Shown: positions 12,851 to 25,693 of the stretch, in pieces
Layout: the number at the start of each line of letters is the position of its first letter
How positions within the stretch are numbered: position 1 is the stretch's first letter
DNA from: an uncultured Gemmatimonadaceae bacterium
Lineage (GTDB): Bacteria > Gemmatimonadota > Gemmatimonadetes > Gemmatimonadales > Gemmatimonadaceae
Length of the DNA: 64,000 bases
Direction: 5' to 3'
Assembly: GCA_963751275.1 (NCBI GenBank)
Contig: CAVVTZ010000011.1
Span: 256,001 to 320,000 of the forward strand
Position numbers and translations under genes: made by a program
Notes under the pieces: generated by a model
What the model saw: only the letters and a program-made list of their open reading frames with translations
Databases searched by the model: none
Told to the model about the DNA's origin: nothing

Positions 12851-13632
12851 GTGAGCACGCTGGCGGTGATCCCGGCGCGTCTCGGTGCGACGCGGCTCCC
12901 CCGCAAGCCGCTCCGGCTCCTGGCCGGCACCCCCCTCGTCATTCGGGTCTGGCAGCGCGTCACCGCACTCCACGTCGCCGACCGCTGCATCATCGCCACC
13001 GACCATCCCGACGTCGCGTCCGCCGCCAAGGAAGCGGGCGCCGAGTGCGTGCTGACCTCCGCGCACCACCCCTCGGGCACCGACCGGGTGGCCGAGGTCG
13101 CCGACCCGCGCCGAGTTCGCGGGGTATGACGTGTTCGTGAACGTCCAGGGCGACGAACCGTTCCTGCCGGCCTCGGCGATGCGCGGGGCGCGCCGACAGG
13201 TGACGGGCGGCCGCTTCCGCTTGGCACGGCCGCGGCGCGCGCGGGCGCGGAGGCGCTCGACGACGCCGCACGTCGTGAAAGTGGTATGCGCGGACGACGG
13301 CCGCGCGCTCTATTTCTCGCGCGCGCCGATCCCGTTCCTGCGCGACCGGGCGGATCGCGGCGGCGCGCGACGGCTCGTCCGGCAGCACCTCGGCGATCTA
13401 CGCGTACACGCGCGACGCGCTGGCACGCTGGGTGGCGCTTGCCGCCGCACGCGCTCGAGATCGGATCGAGCGTCTCGAGCAGCTGCGCGCGCTCGCGGCC
13501 GGGATGACGATCGGCGTCGCGCTCGGTGCCGGAGCCGATGCCGGGCGGGATCGATACGGAAGACGATCTTGCGCCGCGCGAACGACCGCTGGAGTTCCGT
13601 CCACCTCACCACGAGAGTCGCCGGGACACCTG

Positions 13633-13633
<1 letters not shown>
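12851..13633 (+). CDS. kdsB: 3-deoxy-manno-octulosonate cytidylyltransferase (frameshifted)
   Basis: [64 protein letters not shown]. Confidence 0.92.
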
Positions 13634-15330
<1,697 letters not shown>

Positions 15331-15331
15331 C

Positions 15332-16163
15332 GTGGCCGTCGACCTTTCGCTCCGGACGCGCTCTTCCTGATCGCGGGCCCCTGCGTCGTGGAGGGCGACG
15401 ACCTGAATCTGCGCGTCGCCGACCACCTCGCGCGCCTCGCGCCGACGCATCCCGGGCGGCATCATCTACAAGGCGAGCTTCGACAAGGCGAATCGCTCGA
15501 ACGCCGGCGCGCACGCGCGGCCCCGGCCTCGACGAAGGCCTCGCGCGCTCGCTCGCGTGCGCGCAGCAGTCGGGGCTTCCCGTGCTCACCGACGTGCATC
15601 TCCCCGATCACTGTGCGCTCGCGGCCTCGGTGGTCGACGTGCTGCAGATCCCGGCGTTCCTGTGCCGGCAGACCGACCTGCTCGTCGCCGCGGGCGCGAC
15701 GGGCAAGCCGGTGAACGTGAAGAAGGGGCAGTGGCTGCAGCCCGAAGGCATGACCGGCGCGGTGGCGAAAGTGCGCCGGCGGCCGGGCAAGACCGTCCGA
15801 AGGCGCGGCACGATCGCGGTCACCGAGCGCGGCACGTTCTTCGGCTACGGCGATCTCGTCGTGGACATGCGGATCTTCGCGCGGATGCGCGAGGCCGTGC
15901 GACGCCCGGTGGTCTTCGACGGCACGCACTCGCGTGCAGCAGCCCGGAGCGCGGCGAGGGCGGCAGCAGCGGCGGCGTGCGCGAGATCATCCCGCCGCTC
16001 ACCTTCGCGGCGCTCGCGCGCCGGCGCCGACGGGCTCTTCCTCGAGACGCATCCCGATCCCGACCACGCGCCGAGCGACGGACCGAACATGATCCCGCTC
16101 GACGCAACTCGACGACCTGGTCGCTGCGCGCGGTGGACATCTGGCAGGCGCGCGCGCACGTGA
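15332..16163 (+). CDS. kdsA: KDO-8-phosphate synthase (frameshifted)
   Basis: [72 protein letters not shown]. Confidence 0.93.
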
Positions 16164-16726
16164 TCGACCGCGACCTCGCCAAGCGCATCCGCTCGTCGGC
16201 CTCGACGTCGACGGCGTGCTCACCGACGGCGGCATCTACCTCGGCGACGCCGACGGCACGCGCGTCGAGCTCAAGCGCTACGACATCCAGGACGGGCTCG
16301 GCATCCACTTCCTGCGGGCGGCGGGGATCAAGGTCGTGATCGTCACCGGCCGCGTCTCCGAGAGCGTGCGACTGCGCGCCGCGGAGCTGTCGCGTGGACG
16401 ACGTCGCGCAGGACGCGCAGGCGCGGAAGCTGCCCGCCTTCCGGAAGATGCTCGAGAAGTTCGGCATCGAGCGCGGAGACGCCGCGTTCGTCGGCGACGA
16501 CCTGCCCGATCTCGCGATCCTGCGCGCAGTGGGACTGCCGGTCGCCGTCGGCAATGCGGTGAAGGAAGTGCGCGAGGCTGCGCGCTCAAGCTCACGCGCA
16601 CGGGCGGCCACGGCGCGGTGCGCGAGTTCACCGAGCTGCTGCTCAAGGCGCGCGGCGAGTGGAGCGAGCTGCGTCGATGAATACGTCGCCACGCGCAGCG
16701 TGGGCGGCCTCGAGGTGCTGCGATGA
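16160..16726 (+). CDS. kdsC: KDO-8-phosphate phosphatase, HAD family (frameshifted)
   Basis: LDVDGVLTDGGIY, DIQDGLGI, VTGR, FVGDDLPDL, GGHGAVREF. Confidence 0.88.
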
Positions 16727-17701
16727 GCATGAAGCCGGACGAACTGATCGAGCGCGGCCGGCGCGTCGTGCGCCTCGAGCGCGAGGCGCTGGAGGAGGTG
16801 GAGCGCCGCGCTCGGCGCCGAGTTCGCGCAGCGCGGTGGAACTCATCGCCGCGCGCCGGGCGCGTGATCGTCGAGCGGCGTCGGCAAGTCCGGGCATCAT
16901 CGCGACGAAAGATCGCGGCGACGCTGACGTCCACGGGCACGCCCGCGATGTTCCTGCATCCGATGGAGAGCGTGCACGGCGATCTCGGCATCGTCGGGCC
17001 GACGATGTCGTCGATCCTGCTCTCGAAGAGCGGCGAGACGCAGGAGCTCTTCCCGCTGATCGAACAGCTCAAGCGGCTTGGCGTGCGATCCGTCGCGATC
17101 ACCGGCGAAGGCGACTCCCACGCTCGCGAACCAGGCGGACGTCGTGCTCGACGCCTCGGTGCGCGAGGAAGCGTGCCCGCACGACCTCGCGCCGACCACG
17201 AGCACGACCGCGGCGCTCGCGCTGGGCGACGCGCTCGCCGTGGCGCTGCTCGAGGTGAAGGGATTCCGTCGCGAGGATTTCGCGCGGCTGCACCCGGGCG
17301 GGCGCTCGGCAAGCCGGCTCCTCTCGCGCGTGCGCGATCTGATGGTCACCGACAAGCTGCCCGACCGTGTCGAGGACGCGACGATGCGCGAGGTCGTGGT
17401 GCATGCTCGCGGAGCGGCGCGGCACCGTGGCCGTGCTCGATGGCGAGCGCCGCGTGACCGGGCGTCGTGACGACGGGCGATCTCACGCGCCTCATGGAGC
17501 GCGAGCCCGACTTCCTCACGGTGCCGGCCGCCAAGGTCATGAATCCCACGCCGAAGACCATCGGCGCCGACGAACTCGGCGAGCGCCGCCGTCTACAAGA
17601 TGGAGCAGTTCGGCATCATGGCGATGCCGGTGCTCGATGGCGGCGGGCAGATGGTAGGCATCGTGCACCTGCACGACCTCATGCGCGCGGGCGTCAAGTG
17701 A
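16723..17701 (+). CDS. kdsD: Arabinose-5-phosphate isomerase, KpsF/GutQ family, SIS+CBS (frameshifted)
   Basis: KIAATLTSTGTPA.FLHP.E.VHGDLG, SKSGET, EEACPHDLAPTTSTT..LALGDALA, FARLHPGG, HLHDL. Confidence 0.9.
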
Positions 17702-18258
17702 GGCGCGCACCGTTGCTCGTGGCGGCGCTCATCGCGACGGCCGCGATCGTCGCCGCGTGCAAGGGCGGGAAGACGCCGCCTGTCTCGCCCTCCAATCCGC
17801 TGGCCGATGCCGCGGACCAGGTGATGTTCGGCGTGCGCACGTTCATCACGGACCAGGGTCTCCTGCGCGCGCAGCTGCGCGCGGACACCGGCTATTTCTT
17901 CGACAACAATTCGCGCATCGAAGTGCGCAACGAACGCACGGTGTTCTTCACGAACACCGGGCAGCAGAGCGCGGTGCTCACGTCGGTGGAAGGGACGTAC
18001 AACACCACGAAGAGCGAGATGGAAGCGCGGAAGAACGTCCTCGTGGTCTCCGTGGATGGCAAGCGCCTCGAGACGTCGCAGCTCTCGTATAATCAGGTCA
18101 CGAACCTCATCGCGAGCGACAGCCCGTTCGTGCTCACGCAGCCCGACCGCCGCGTGGAGGGGATCGGCTTCATCTCCGATCCGAACCTCGTGAACCTCAA
18201 GATCCTCAAGCTCAAGCAGGGTTCCGGACCGATCCCGCTCGGCGGGCAGCAGCCGTAG
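17698..18258 (+). CDS. lptC: LPS export ABC transporter periplasmic protein LptC-like
   Basis: Lipoprotein-like N-terminus (AIVAAC), beta-jellyroll-like sequence, position between kdsD and lptA/lptB. Confidence 0.7.
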   Translation: MRRAPLLVAALIATAAIVAACKGGKTPPVSPSNPLADAADQVMFGVRTFITDQGLLRAQLRADTGYFFDNNSRIEVRNERTVFFTNTGQQSAVLTSVEGTYNTTKSEMEARKNVLVVSVDGKRLETSQLSYNQVTNLIASDSPFVLTQPDRRVEGIGFISDPNLVNLKILKLKQGSGPIPLGGQQP

Positions 18259-19704
18259 TGCGGCGCATTCCCATGGCGATCGTCGCCGGCGCGCTCAGCG
18301 CGCTCCCCCTCGCGGCCCAGCAGCCGACGCCTCCGCCGCCGCCGGGCGCGGTGAAGACGGTGCCGATCCAGGGTCCGTCCGGCCGCTGCGACCTCGTGGT
18401 GACCCCGCGCAGCGATTCGACGCGCGTGACCTCCGTCAAGCAGTCGTCCGGCCAATACAACAGCTTCATCGGCGGCGGCGTCACCGGCGCCTGTCCCGCG
18501 CAGCAGCTCACGATCTCGGCGGATAGCGCCGAGTACTTCGGCGATCTGCGGCGCTGGCATCTCATCGGCGGCGTGCACTATAGAGAGCCGCGCCTCACGC
18601 TCGATTCCGACGTGGCCACGTACTTCATGCTCGAGGAGCGCCTGCTCGCCGAGGGGAACGTGCATTCGCTGCTGCCGAGCGGCACGACGCTGGTGGGGCC
18701 GCGCATGGAATACTTCCGCGCCGTGCCCACCATCCGTCCCATCGCGCGGATGATCGCGCCGGGCCGGCCGACGATCACCATGGTGGAGCGCGACAGCACC
18801 GGCAAGCCGTCGCCGCCCACGGTCCTGATCGGCAACACCGTGGTGAGCGACGCCGACAGCCTCGTGTACGCCTCCGGTCGCGTGGAGATCACGCGTGAGG
18901 ACGTGGTCGCGAAGAGCGACACGGCATTCCTCGATGGCTCGAAGGAATTCGCCCGCCTCATGAAGAAGCCGGTGGTCGTCTCGAAGGGCCAGCGCCCGTT
19001 CACGCTCTACGGCACGATCATCGAGATGTACGGCGGCGGCAAGCAGCTGCATCGTGTGCTCGCGCGCGGCGAAGGGAAGGCCATCAGCGACAACGGCACC
19101 GTCACGTCCGACACGCTCGACTTCGAGATGGCGGACGGCGGACTCGCGCGCATGTACGCCTGGGGCGCGTCGCGCGCGCGCGCCGTGAACCCGCAGTACG
19201 ACATCCTCGCCGATTCGCTCGACGTCCGGAGCCCGGGCCAGCGCCTGCGCGAGATCCGGGCCGTGCGCAAGGCCTTCGCGCAGAGCACGCCCGACACCAC
19301 GCACATCCATTCGAAGGAGAAGGACTGGATGAGCGGCGACACGATCGTGGCGCGCTTCGACAGTCTGCCGGTCACCAAGGCCGATTCGGCGAAGCAGCCG
19401 GCGATGGTGGCGCTCGATCGCCCTCGGCCACGCGAAGTCGTACTACCAGATCGCCGCCAAGGATTCGACGTCGCTCAGTCCGTCGATCAACTACGTGCGC
19501 GGCGGCGCGGTCACGGTCGCGTTCGTCGCGCGCCAGGTGCAATCGGTCACGGTCTCGGACAGCGTCGCCGGCGTGTACATCGAGCCCACGGTGGTCAAGA
19601 AGAAGAAGGCGGACTCGACGGCCGCGGGTCCCGTGCTCCCGAAGAAGAAGACGAAGGCGGACTCCGCCGCCGCGAAACCGCCCGCCAAGAGCCCCACTCC
19701 ATGA
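18258..19704 (+). CDS. OstA/LptA-like periplasmic beta-jellyroll protein (one frameshift near 19415)
   Basis: Signal peptide, repeated ADS/GDTI beta motifs, position between lptC and lptB; Lys/Pro-rich tail ends TGA 19704. Confidence 0.65.
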
Positions 19705-20921
19705 GCAACAACGGCCCGCGCGTTCCCGCCGCGCTCGAGGCGTTCTTCGCCGAGCACTCCAAGGGTGACCGCTCCACCATCCTCGCGTTGTACGCGCTCA
19801 TCTGCGCGGCGCGCGAGAACGGCGAGGCGGTGTTCAACGACGTTGCGACGCATTACCGCACCGACTACCTCAAGCTGCTCCGCGAGGAAGGCCGCGATGT
19901 GGAGCGCGAAGCCGGCCGGCTCAGCCTCGACGAGGTGCGCGATCACCTCGCGCAGGTGGTCTTCCCCCGGCTCGCCGCCGAGGACCTCGTGGTGCTTCCC
20001 GAGGGCGGGCTCACATCGCCCGACACCACGCTGCGCGTCGCCGAGCGGTTCTGGCCGCAGCTGCGCGCCACGCGGCCGCAGATCGAGCGCGCCGGCGTCG
20101 CGGGCGTCGTGCGCCGCGGCGAGGAGATCACCGGCCCGCACCAGATCCCGCGCCCCGAGCCCAGCGGCAGCATCCTCGAGGCGAAGGACTCGTGAAGACG
20201 TATCGCCGCCGCAGCGTCGTGAACGACGTCGCGCTGCATGTGCGCCAGGGCGAGATCGTCGGACTGCTCGGCCCGAACGGGGCGGGGAAGACCACCACCT
20301 TCTACATGATCGTCGGACTCATCCCGCCGCAGGAGGGGAGGATCCTCTTCGACGGCGAAGACATCACCGAGATGCCGATGTTCCGGCGCGCGCGGCGCGG
20401 CATCGGGTACCTGTCGCAGGAGCCGTCGGTCTTCCGCAAGCTCACGGTCGAGGAGAACCTCCTCGCGATCCTCGAGACGCTCGACTCACCCCCGAAGAGA
20501 AGCAGCGCGCGCCTCGAGAAACTGCTCGACGAGCTGAGCATCAAGCACCTGCGCGACAATCGCGCCTTCTCGCTCTCGGGCGGCGAGCGGCGCCGCCTCG
20601 AGATCACGCGCGCGCTCGTCACGCGAGCCGAAGTTCATGATGCTCGACGAGCCGTTCGCCGGCGTCGATCCGATCGCGGTGCACGACATCCAGCCGATCG
20701 TCGCGGGCCTGCGACATCGCGGGATCGGCGTGCTGATCTCCGACCACAACGTCGAGCAGACGCTCGACATTGTGGACCGCGCGTACATCCTGTTCGACGG
20801 GCAGGTGAAGGTCTCCGGCACGGTGCGCGAGCTGGTGTTCGACGACACCGTCGCCGAGATCTACCTCGGCCCGACGCTCACCGCGCGCCTCCGCTCGCGC
20901 TTCGCGGCGCACAGCCCATGA
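19701..20921 (+). CDS. lptB: LPS export ABC ATPase LptB with long N-terminal extension (frameshifts near 20190 and 20625)
   Basis: [62 protein letters not shown]; upstream ORF from ATG 19701 runs into SILEAKD. Confidence 0.88.
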
Positions 20922-22409
20922 AGCACGGCATCAGTCAGACGGGAAGTCTCCGGCAGGAGCTGCGGATCAATCCGCGCCTCTACCAGGCGATGGACATGCT
21001 CTACATGCCGCTGCTCGACCTCCAGCAGCACTTGAAGCAGGAATTGCTCACGAATCCGTTCCTCGATCTGCGTGGAGCCCGACGACGAGAGAAGGAAGCC
21101 GAGGCCGAGGGCGAAGAGTCGGAGAGCGAGCCGGACGAGGCCGCGAAGGAGGTGGCCGTCGAGAAGGCCGAGAACGACGACATCGACTGGGAAGAGATCC
21201 TGCTCGACGGCTTCGAGTGGGCGGCGGCCGCGTGCAGGGCACGACGACCGCGAATGGTACGGATCCGGTGTCCGTCGGCGGCGCCACCTCGACGATCACC
21301 TCTCGAGCGATCGGGAAGATGCTCGAGCTCAGCGACCGCGCAGCTGCTCCTCGCGGAGGAGTTCGTCGGGAACATCAACGACGACGGCTATCTCGCGGCG
21401 TCGCTCGAGGAGCTCCGCGCGGGACGTGAACGAATGGATCACGGACGCCGCGGCCGCATCTGGATCGCGATGACACCGATCTCCCGCTCTACACGAGACC
21501 GAGGTCGAGCGATGCTCGGCGATCATCCAGAACCTCGACCCGCCGGGCGTCGGCGCGCGGGACCTGCGCGAGTGCCTCATGCTCCAACTGCGCGCGGCCA
21601 AGCAGCAGGATTCCGTGGCGCACCGCCTCGTGCAGGACCACTTCGACGAACTCATCAACCACCGGTGGGCCGAGATCTCGAAGAAGACCGGCCTCCCCCC
21701 GCTTGAGGTGCAGAAGGCCGCCGACGCCGTGGCGAAGCTCGAGCCCAAACCCGGGCTCCGCTACAGCAGCGCGGGCGACAACTACATCGTGCCCGACCTC
21801 ATCGTCGATCACATCGATGGTGTCTATCACGTGTTCGTGAACGACAACAACGTGCCGCGTCTGCGATTGAGCCGCGCCTACCAGGACATCGCGCGCGACA
21901 AGCGGAAGTTCGACGGCGAGAACAAGGACTTCATCTCCACGCGCCTCAACGCCGCCAACTGGATGATCCAGGCGCTCGAACAGCGCCGCCAGACGATGCT
22001 GAAGGTGATGCACTTCATCGTCGACCGGCAGCGCGATTTCTTCGAGAAGGGGCTGCAATACCTCAAGCCGCTCACGCTGCGCGAAGTGGCGGAGGGGATC
22101 GGCATGCACGAATCGACGATCAGCCGCGTGACCAACGAGAAATACGTGCAGACGCCGCGCGGCGTGCTGCCGCTCAAGTTCTTCTTCTCCTCCGGCCTTT
22201 CCACCGCCGGCGGCGAAGATGTGTCCGCGCGCGGCATCAAGGCCACGATCGAGAAGCGCATCGCCGACGAGGATCCCAAGCACCCTCTCACCGACCAGGA
22301 CATCGTGGACATCTTCGAGAAGGAAGGCGTGCGCATCGCGCGCCGGACGGTGGCGAAGTACCGCGAGCAGCTCGGAGTGCTCTCGGCGCGCATGAGGCGC
22401 CGCGTCTGA
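20918..22409 (+). CDS. rpoN: RNA polymerase sigma-54 factor (frameshifted in N-terminal half)
   Basis: [43 protein letters not shown], RpoN box [10 protein letters not shown]. Confidence 0.95.
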
Positions 22410-23359
22410 TGGCCGCCGCGACCGAGCTCGACGTCTCGATCCTCGTTCCGGCGAAGGACGAGGCCGAGAACCTGCCGCTGTTCATGGAGCAGACCGCCGC
22501 CGCGTTCCAGGGGTCCCGCACATCCTTCGAGGTCGTCGTGATCGACGATGGCTCGAGCGACAAGACGTGGGAGGTGCTCACCGGATTGCAGAAGCGCTAC
22601 GCGTTCCTGAAACTCGCGCGCCACCGCATGGGGCGCGGCATCGCCGATGCATTGCGCACCGGCTACCTCGCGTCGCGCGGACGCGTGCTGGTGTTCTATC
22701 CCGCCGATCTGCAGTACAAGCCGGAGGACATCCCGCGCCTCGTGGCGCCCGTGCTCGCCGGCGAGGCGGACATGGTCACCGGCTACAAACAGGGCGACTA
22801 TGAGAAGGCCTTCGTGTCGAAGATCTACAACGGACTGAGCCGCGCCCTGTTCGATGTGCCGGTGCGCGATCTCAATTCCGTGAAGGCCTATCGCCGCGAG
22901 ATCATGGACGCGCTGCCGATCCGCCCCGATTGGCACCGCTACATGATCGTCATCGCGGCGCAGGAGGGATTCAGCGTCACCGAGATCCCGGTGCCGCTGT
23001 ACCCGCGGAATGCGGGGAAGTCGAAGTTCGGAATCGGGCGCATCCCGGTGGGCGTGCTCGACATGCTCTCCGTGTGGTTCGAGCTTCGGTTCGCGCGCAA
23101 GCCGCTCCTGCTGTTCGGCATGGTCGGGGCGATGCTCTTCGCCTTGGGCGTGTTGACCGGCATCGTGGCGATCGCGATCCGCGTCTTCGCCGGCATCGGT
23201 TACCGGCCGCTGATCAATCTGGTCGAGGTGTGCGTGATCGTCGGTTCGGTCTTCCTCGTGGGCGGCCTGCTCGGCGAGATGATCGCCGGCCTGCGCGTCG
23301 AGCTGCGCGAATTGCGCCGCCTCGCCGACGAAGCGGCGAAGGATCGGTCGGCGTCGTGA
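22409..23359 (+). CDS. GT2 glycosyltransferase (polyprenyl-phosphate sugar synthase-like, two C-terminal TM helices)
   Basis: Intact; SILVPAKDEAENL, VIDDGSSD, PADLQY (altered DxD), YPRNAGKSKF, hydrophobic C-terminus. Confidence 0.85.
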   Translation: MAAATELDVSILVPAKDEAENLPLFMEQTAAAFQGSRTSFEVVVIDDGSSDKTWEVLTGLQKRYAFLKLARHRMGRGIADALRTGYLASRGRVLVFYPADLQYKPEDIPRLVAPVLAGEADMVTGYKQGDYEKAFVSKIYNGLSRALFDVPVRDLNSVKAYRREIMDALPIRPDWHRYMIVIAAQEGFSVTEIPVPLYPRNAGKSKFGIGRIPVGVLDMLSVWFELRFARKPLLLFGMVGAMLFALGVLTGIVAIAIRVFAGIGYRPLINLVEVCVIVGSVFLVGGLLGEMIAGLRVELRELRRLADEAAKDRSAS

Positions 23360-24270
23360 CGCCGGGCGTCCGGCGCGGGGTGTCCGCGGCATTCACCGTC
23401 GCGGTCCTCGTGTTCGTCGGCATCAAGCTCGCGCAGCAATGGCCCGAGGTGAGCGCCGCGCTCGCGAGCGCCACGCCCGACTGGCTGGCGCTGGCCGCCT
23501 CGTGTCTCGTGGTGCTCGTGACCTACGCGCTGCTCATCGAGACATGGCGCATCGTGCTCGCGGGGTGGGGACATCCGCTCCCGTTCTGGGAGGCCGCGCG
23601 CATCTGGACCGTCTCGAACCTCGGCAAGTACATCCCCGGCAAGGTCTGGGCGCTGTCGGCGATGGCGGTGATGTCGGAGGCGCGCGGCGTCTCGCCCGTG
23701 GTCGCCGCGGCGGCCGCGCTGCTGATCACGCTCGTGAATACCATCGTGGGATTCGTCGTGGTGGCCGCGACGGGCGCGCGCGTGCTCGATTTTCCGCCGG
23801 CGATGGTGTGGGCGATCGCGGCGGCCGGGATCGCGGTGGTCGTGGCGCCGTCGTTCCTGCCGCGGCTTGGCGCGCTCGCCGGTCGAATGTTCGGCCGCGA
23901 AGTCGTGATCCCGCGGCTGCCCTGGTGGACCATCGGTACCGCCGCGCTCGCGACCGCCGCGGCCTGGGTGGGTTACGGGCTCGCCTTCCGCCTGTTCGTG
24001 ATCGGCGTGCTCGGGGCCGCGCCCGGCTCTTTGTCGCTGTACGTCGCGATCTTCGCGGGGTCGTATCTCGTTGGATTCGTCGCGCTCTTCGCCCCTGGCG
24101 GCATCGGGGTACGCGAGACCGTGATGGCCGTGGGCCTCAAGCGCGCCGGATTCGCGACCGGGCCCGCGTATCTCGTGGTGGTCGCGTCGCGCCTCTGGCT
24201 CACCGTGCTCGAGATCGTGCCCGCGCTCTTGTTCCTGGGACACGGCTGGGCGACGCGTTCCCGCGACTAA
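23356..24270 (+). CDS. Flippase-like membrane protein (lysylphosphatidylglycerol synthase TM / UPF0104-like)
   Basis: ~8 hydrophobic segments, SNLGKYIPGKVW and APGGIGVRE motifs. Confidence 0.75.
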   Translation: MTPGVRRGVSAAFTVAVLVFVGIKLAQQWPEVSAALASATPDWLALAASCLVVLVTYALLIETWRIVLAGWGHPLPFWEAARIWTVSNLGKYIPGKVWALSAMAVMSEARGVSPVVAAAAALLITLVNTIVGFVVVAATGARVLDFPPAMVWAIAAAGIAVVVAPSFLPRLGALAGRMFGREVVIPRLPWWTIGTAALATAAAWVGYGLAFRLFVIGVLGAAPGSLSLYVAIFAGSYLVGFVALFAPGGIGVRETVMAVGLKRAGFATGPAYLVVVASRLWLTVLEIVPALLFLGHGWATRSRD

Positions 24271-25319
24271 CCGTCGCGCGAGAGCCGCATCCCGTAGCGA
24301 CTGATGAATGCCGCGAGTTCTTCCGTGAGCGGCGACCCTCCGACGCTGCGCGTGCGGCCGGCCAGGTCCAGCCAATATACGCCCGCGCTCCGGAATGCCG
24401 CCCGGTCGCTCTCAGCGAGCGCCGCCTCGCTCAGCACGGTGTCATCACGCTGCAGCGCCGGCGCCGCGGCCGCGTCACGCCGCCAGAGCATCCGCCACGC
24501 GCGCCCGTCGCGCGTGTAGCTCCGCCAGTTCCCATCGACGGCGATCGTCACGCCCGCATTCGAGACGTAGCGCTCGAATTCGCTCACGATCCCCGCCACG
24601 ATCCCGCGCTGCTGCTCGGTGCTCGGCACGCGGGGCCAATCCGGCGCGCTGCGGATGACCTTCGCCGGTGAACCCACCGCCAGACTCCGAGGCGGGATCG
24701 TGCCTTGCACCATCGAGTCGCCGCCGATCACGCTGCCGTCGCCGATCGTCGCGCCCGGCATCACGAACACGCGCCACGGGAGCCACACGCTCTTGCCGAT
24801 CGTCACCGGTTCGTACGTCGCCGGGTAGCCATCGAGCACGTTCAGCCACGCGCCGTGCGTGAAGATCAGGCAGTGGCCGCCGATCCCCGTGTCGTCGCCG
24901 ATCGTGACCGGCTTCGTGGGATTGATGTACGTCATTTGCAGCACGATCGTGCGGCTGCCAAGCGTGAACTTCGACTCCGGCAGCTGCGGCCCGCCGATGA
25001 ACACCTGCTCGCGGATCTTCGCGTCCTCGCCGATCTCGATCGTCTCGCACGACACGTAGGTGAACGTGCCGATGCTCGAGTGCCGCCCGATCGTGATCGA
25101 GCGCCCCTGCACGACGGCCATGAGGCCGATCTCGACATCGTCGCCGAGCGTCACCGACTTGCCGATCACCACGCTGCCGAAACCGAGCGACACGCGGCGG
25201 CCGATCTTGTAACCCAGGATCGATCGATACGCGAATTTCTTGAGGAAGCCCGGCATCCAGCCGAACAGCACGAGGTGACGCCACGGGATGCGCGTCTTGG
25301 GGACCAGCGTCTGCGCCAT
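24267..25319 (-). CDS. Hexapeptide-repeat (left-handed beta-helix) acyltransferase with C-terminal extension
   Basis: Repeated [IL]G..[STV].IG hexapeptides, IFTH, VTIGKSVWL, GSPAKVIR; only minus-strand gene in the left half. Confidence 0.82.
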   Translation of the reverse strand: MAQTLVPKTRIPWRHLVLFGWMPGFLKKFAYRSILGYKIGRRVSLGFGSVVIGKSVTLGDDVEIGLMAVVQGRSITIGRHSSIGTFTYVSCETIEIGEDAKIREQVFIGGPQLPESKFTLGSRTIVLQMTYINPTKPVTIGDDTGIGGHCLIFTHGAWLNVLDGYPATYEPVTIGKSVWLPWRVFVMPGATIGDGSVIGGDSMVQGTIPPRSLAVGSPAKVIRSAPDWPRVPSTEQQRGIVAGIVSEFERYVSNAGVTIAVDGNWRSYTRDGRAWRMLWRRDAAAAPALQRDDTVLSEAALAESDRAAFRSAGVYWLDLAGRTRSVGGSPLTEELAAFISRYGMRLSRDG

Positions 25320-25369
25320 GAGCCTGGTGCGAGAGGAGCGGGCAGGGAATGGTGCGCGATCTCCTCGCA

Positions 25370-25399
25370 ACGTTAGTGCGCCGCGCCGAAGAGCGTCAA
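25370..25399 (-). promoter_or_regulatory. Putative promoter for the acyltransferase
   Basis: Minus strand TTGACG, 18-nt spacer, TAACGT. Confidence 0.4.
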
Positions 25400-25434
25400 G
25401 TGGAGTGGCATCCCGAGGATGGTCAGGCTTACGA

Positions 25435-25639
25435 CAACTGCTTGCACGCGGATCACGCGGAAAGCCGCGGAATACGCGGAGCGCTCCGAGGCGATGAAGC
25501 CTCCTCGCTCGGTTTCAAGCCTCTGTCTTGGTTGTTAACAACAAGAACGCGGCGCCGACCTGGCTCGCGGTGCCATTCCGCGCCCAGGAGCGTTCCGCGT
25601 ACTCCGCGGGATTCCGCGTGATCCGCGTACAAGCGGTTG
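25435..25639. repeat. Long intergenic inverted repeat made of 9-mer units with central palindrome
   Basis: 53-nt arms 25435-25487 and 25587-25639 reverse-complementary with ~6 mismatches; units CACGCGGAT/CACGCGGAA/TACGCGGAG; centre TCTTGGTTGTTAACAACAAGA. Confidence 0.9.
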
Positions 25640-25656
25640 CGGTCCAGTCGCCAGAC

Positions 25657-25686
25657 TTGCGAACGATGCGCCGCGGCGCGTAACGT
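25657..25686 (+). promoter_or_regulatory. Putative leaderless-type promoter for the deacetylase-GT4 genes
   Basis: TTGCGA, 18-nt spacer, TAACGT (25681-25686), 7 nt before GTG 25694. Confidence 0.4.
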
Positions 25687-25693
25687 TCGCAGC

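Noticed and set aside
18258..20195. Apparent fusion of the LptA-like protein with the LptB N-terminal extension (645-aa ORF)
   Set aside because: The real LptA-like C-terminus continues in another frame to TGA 19704, overlapping ATG 19701; the join arises from a frameshift near 19415.
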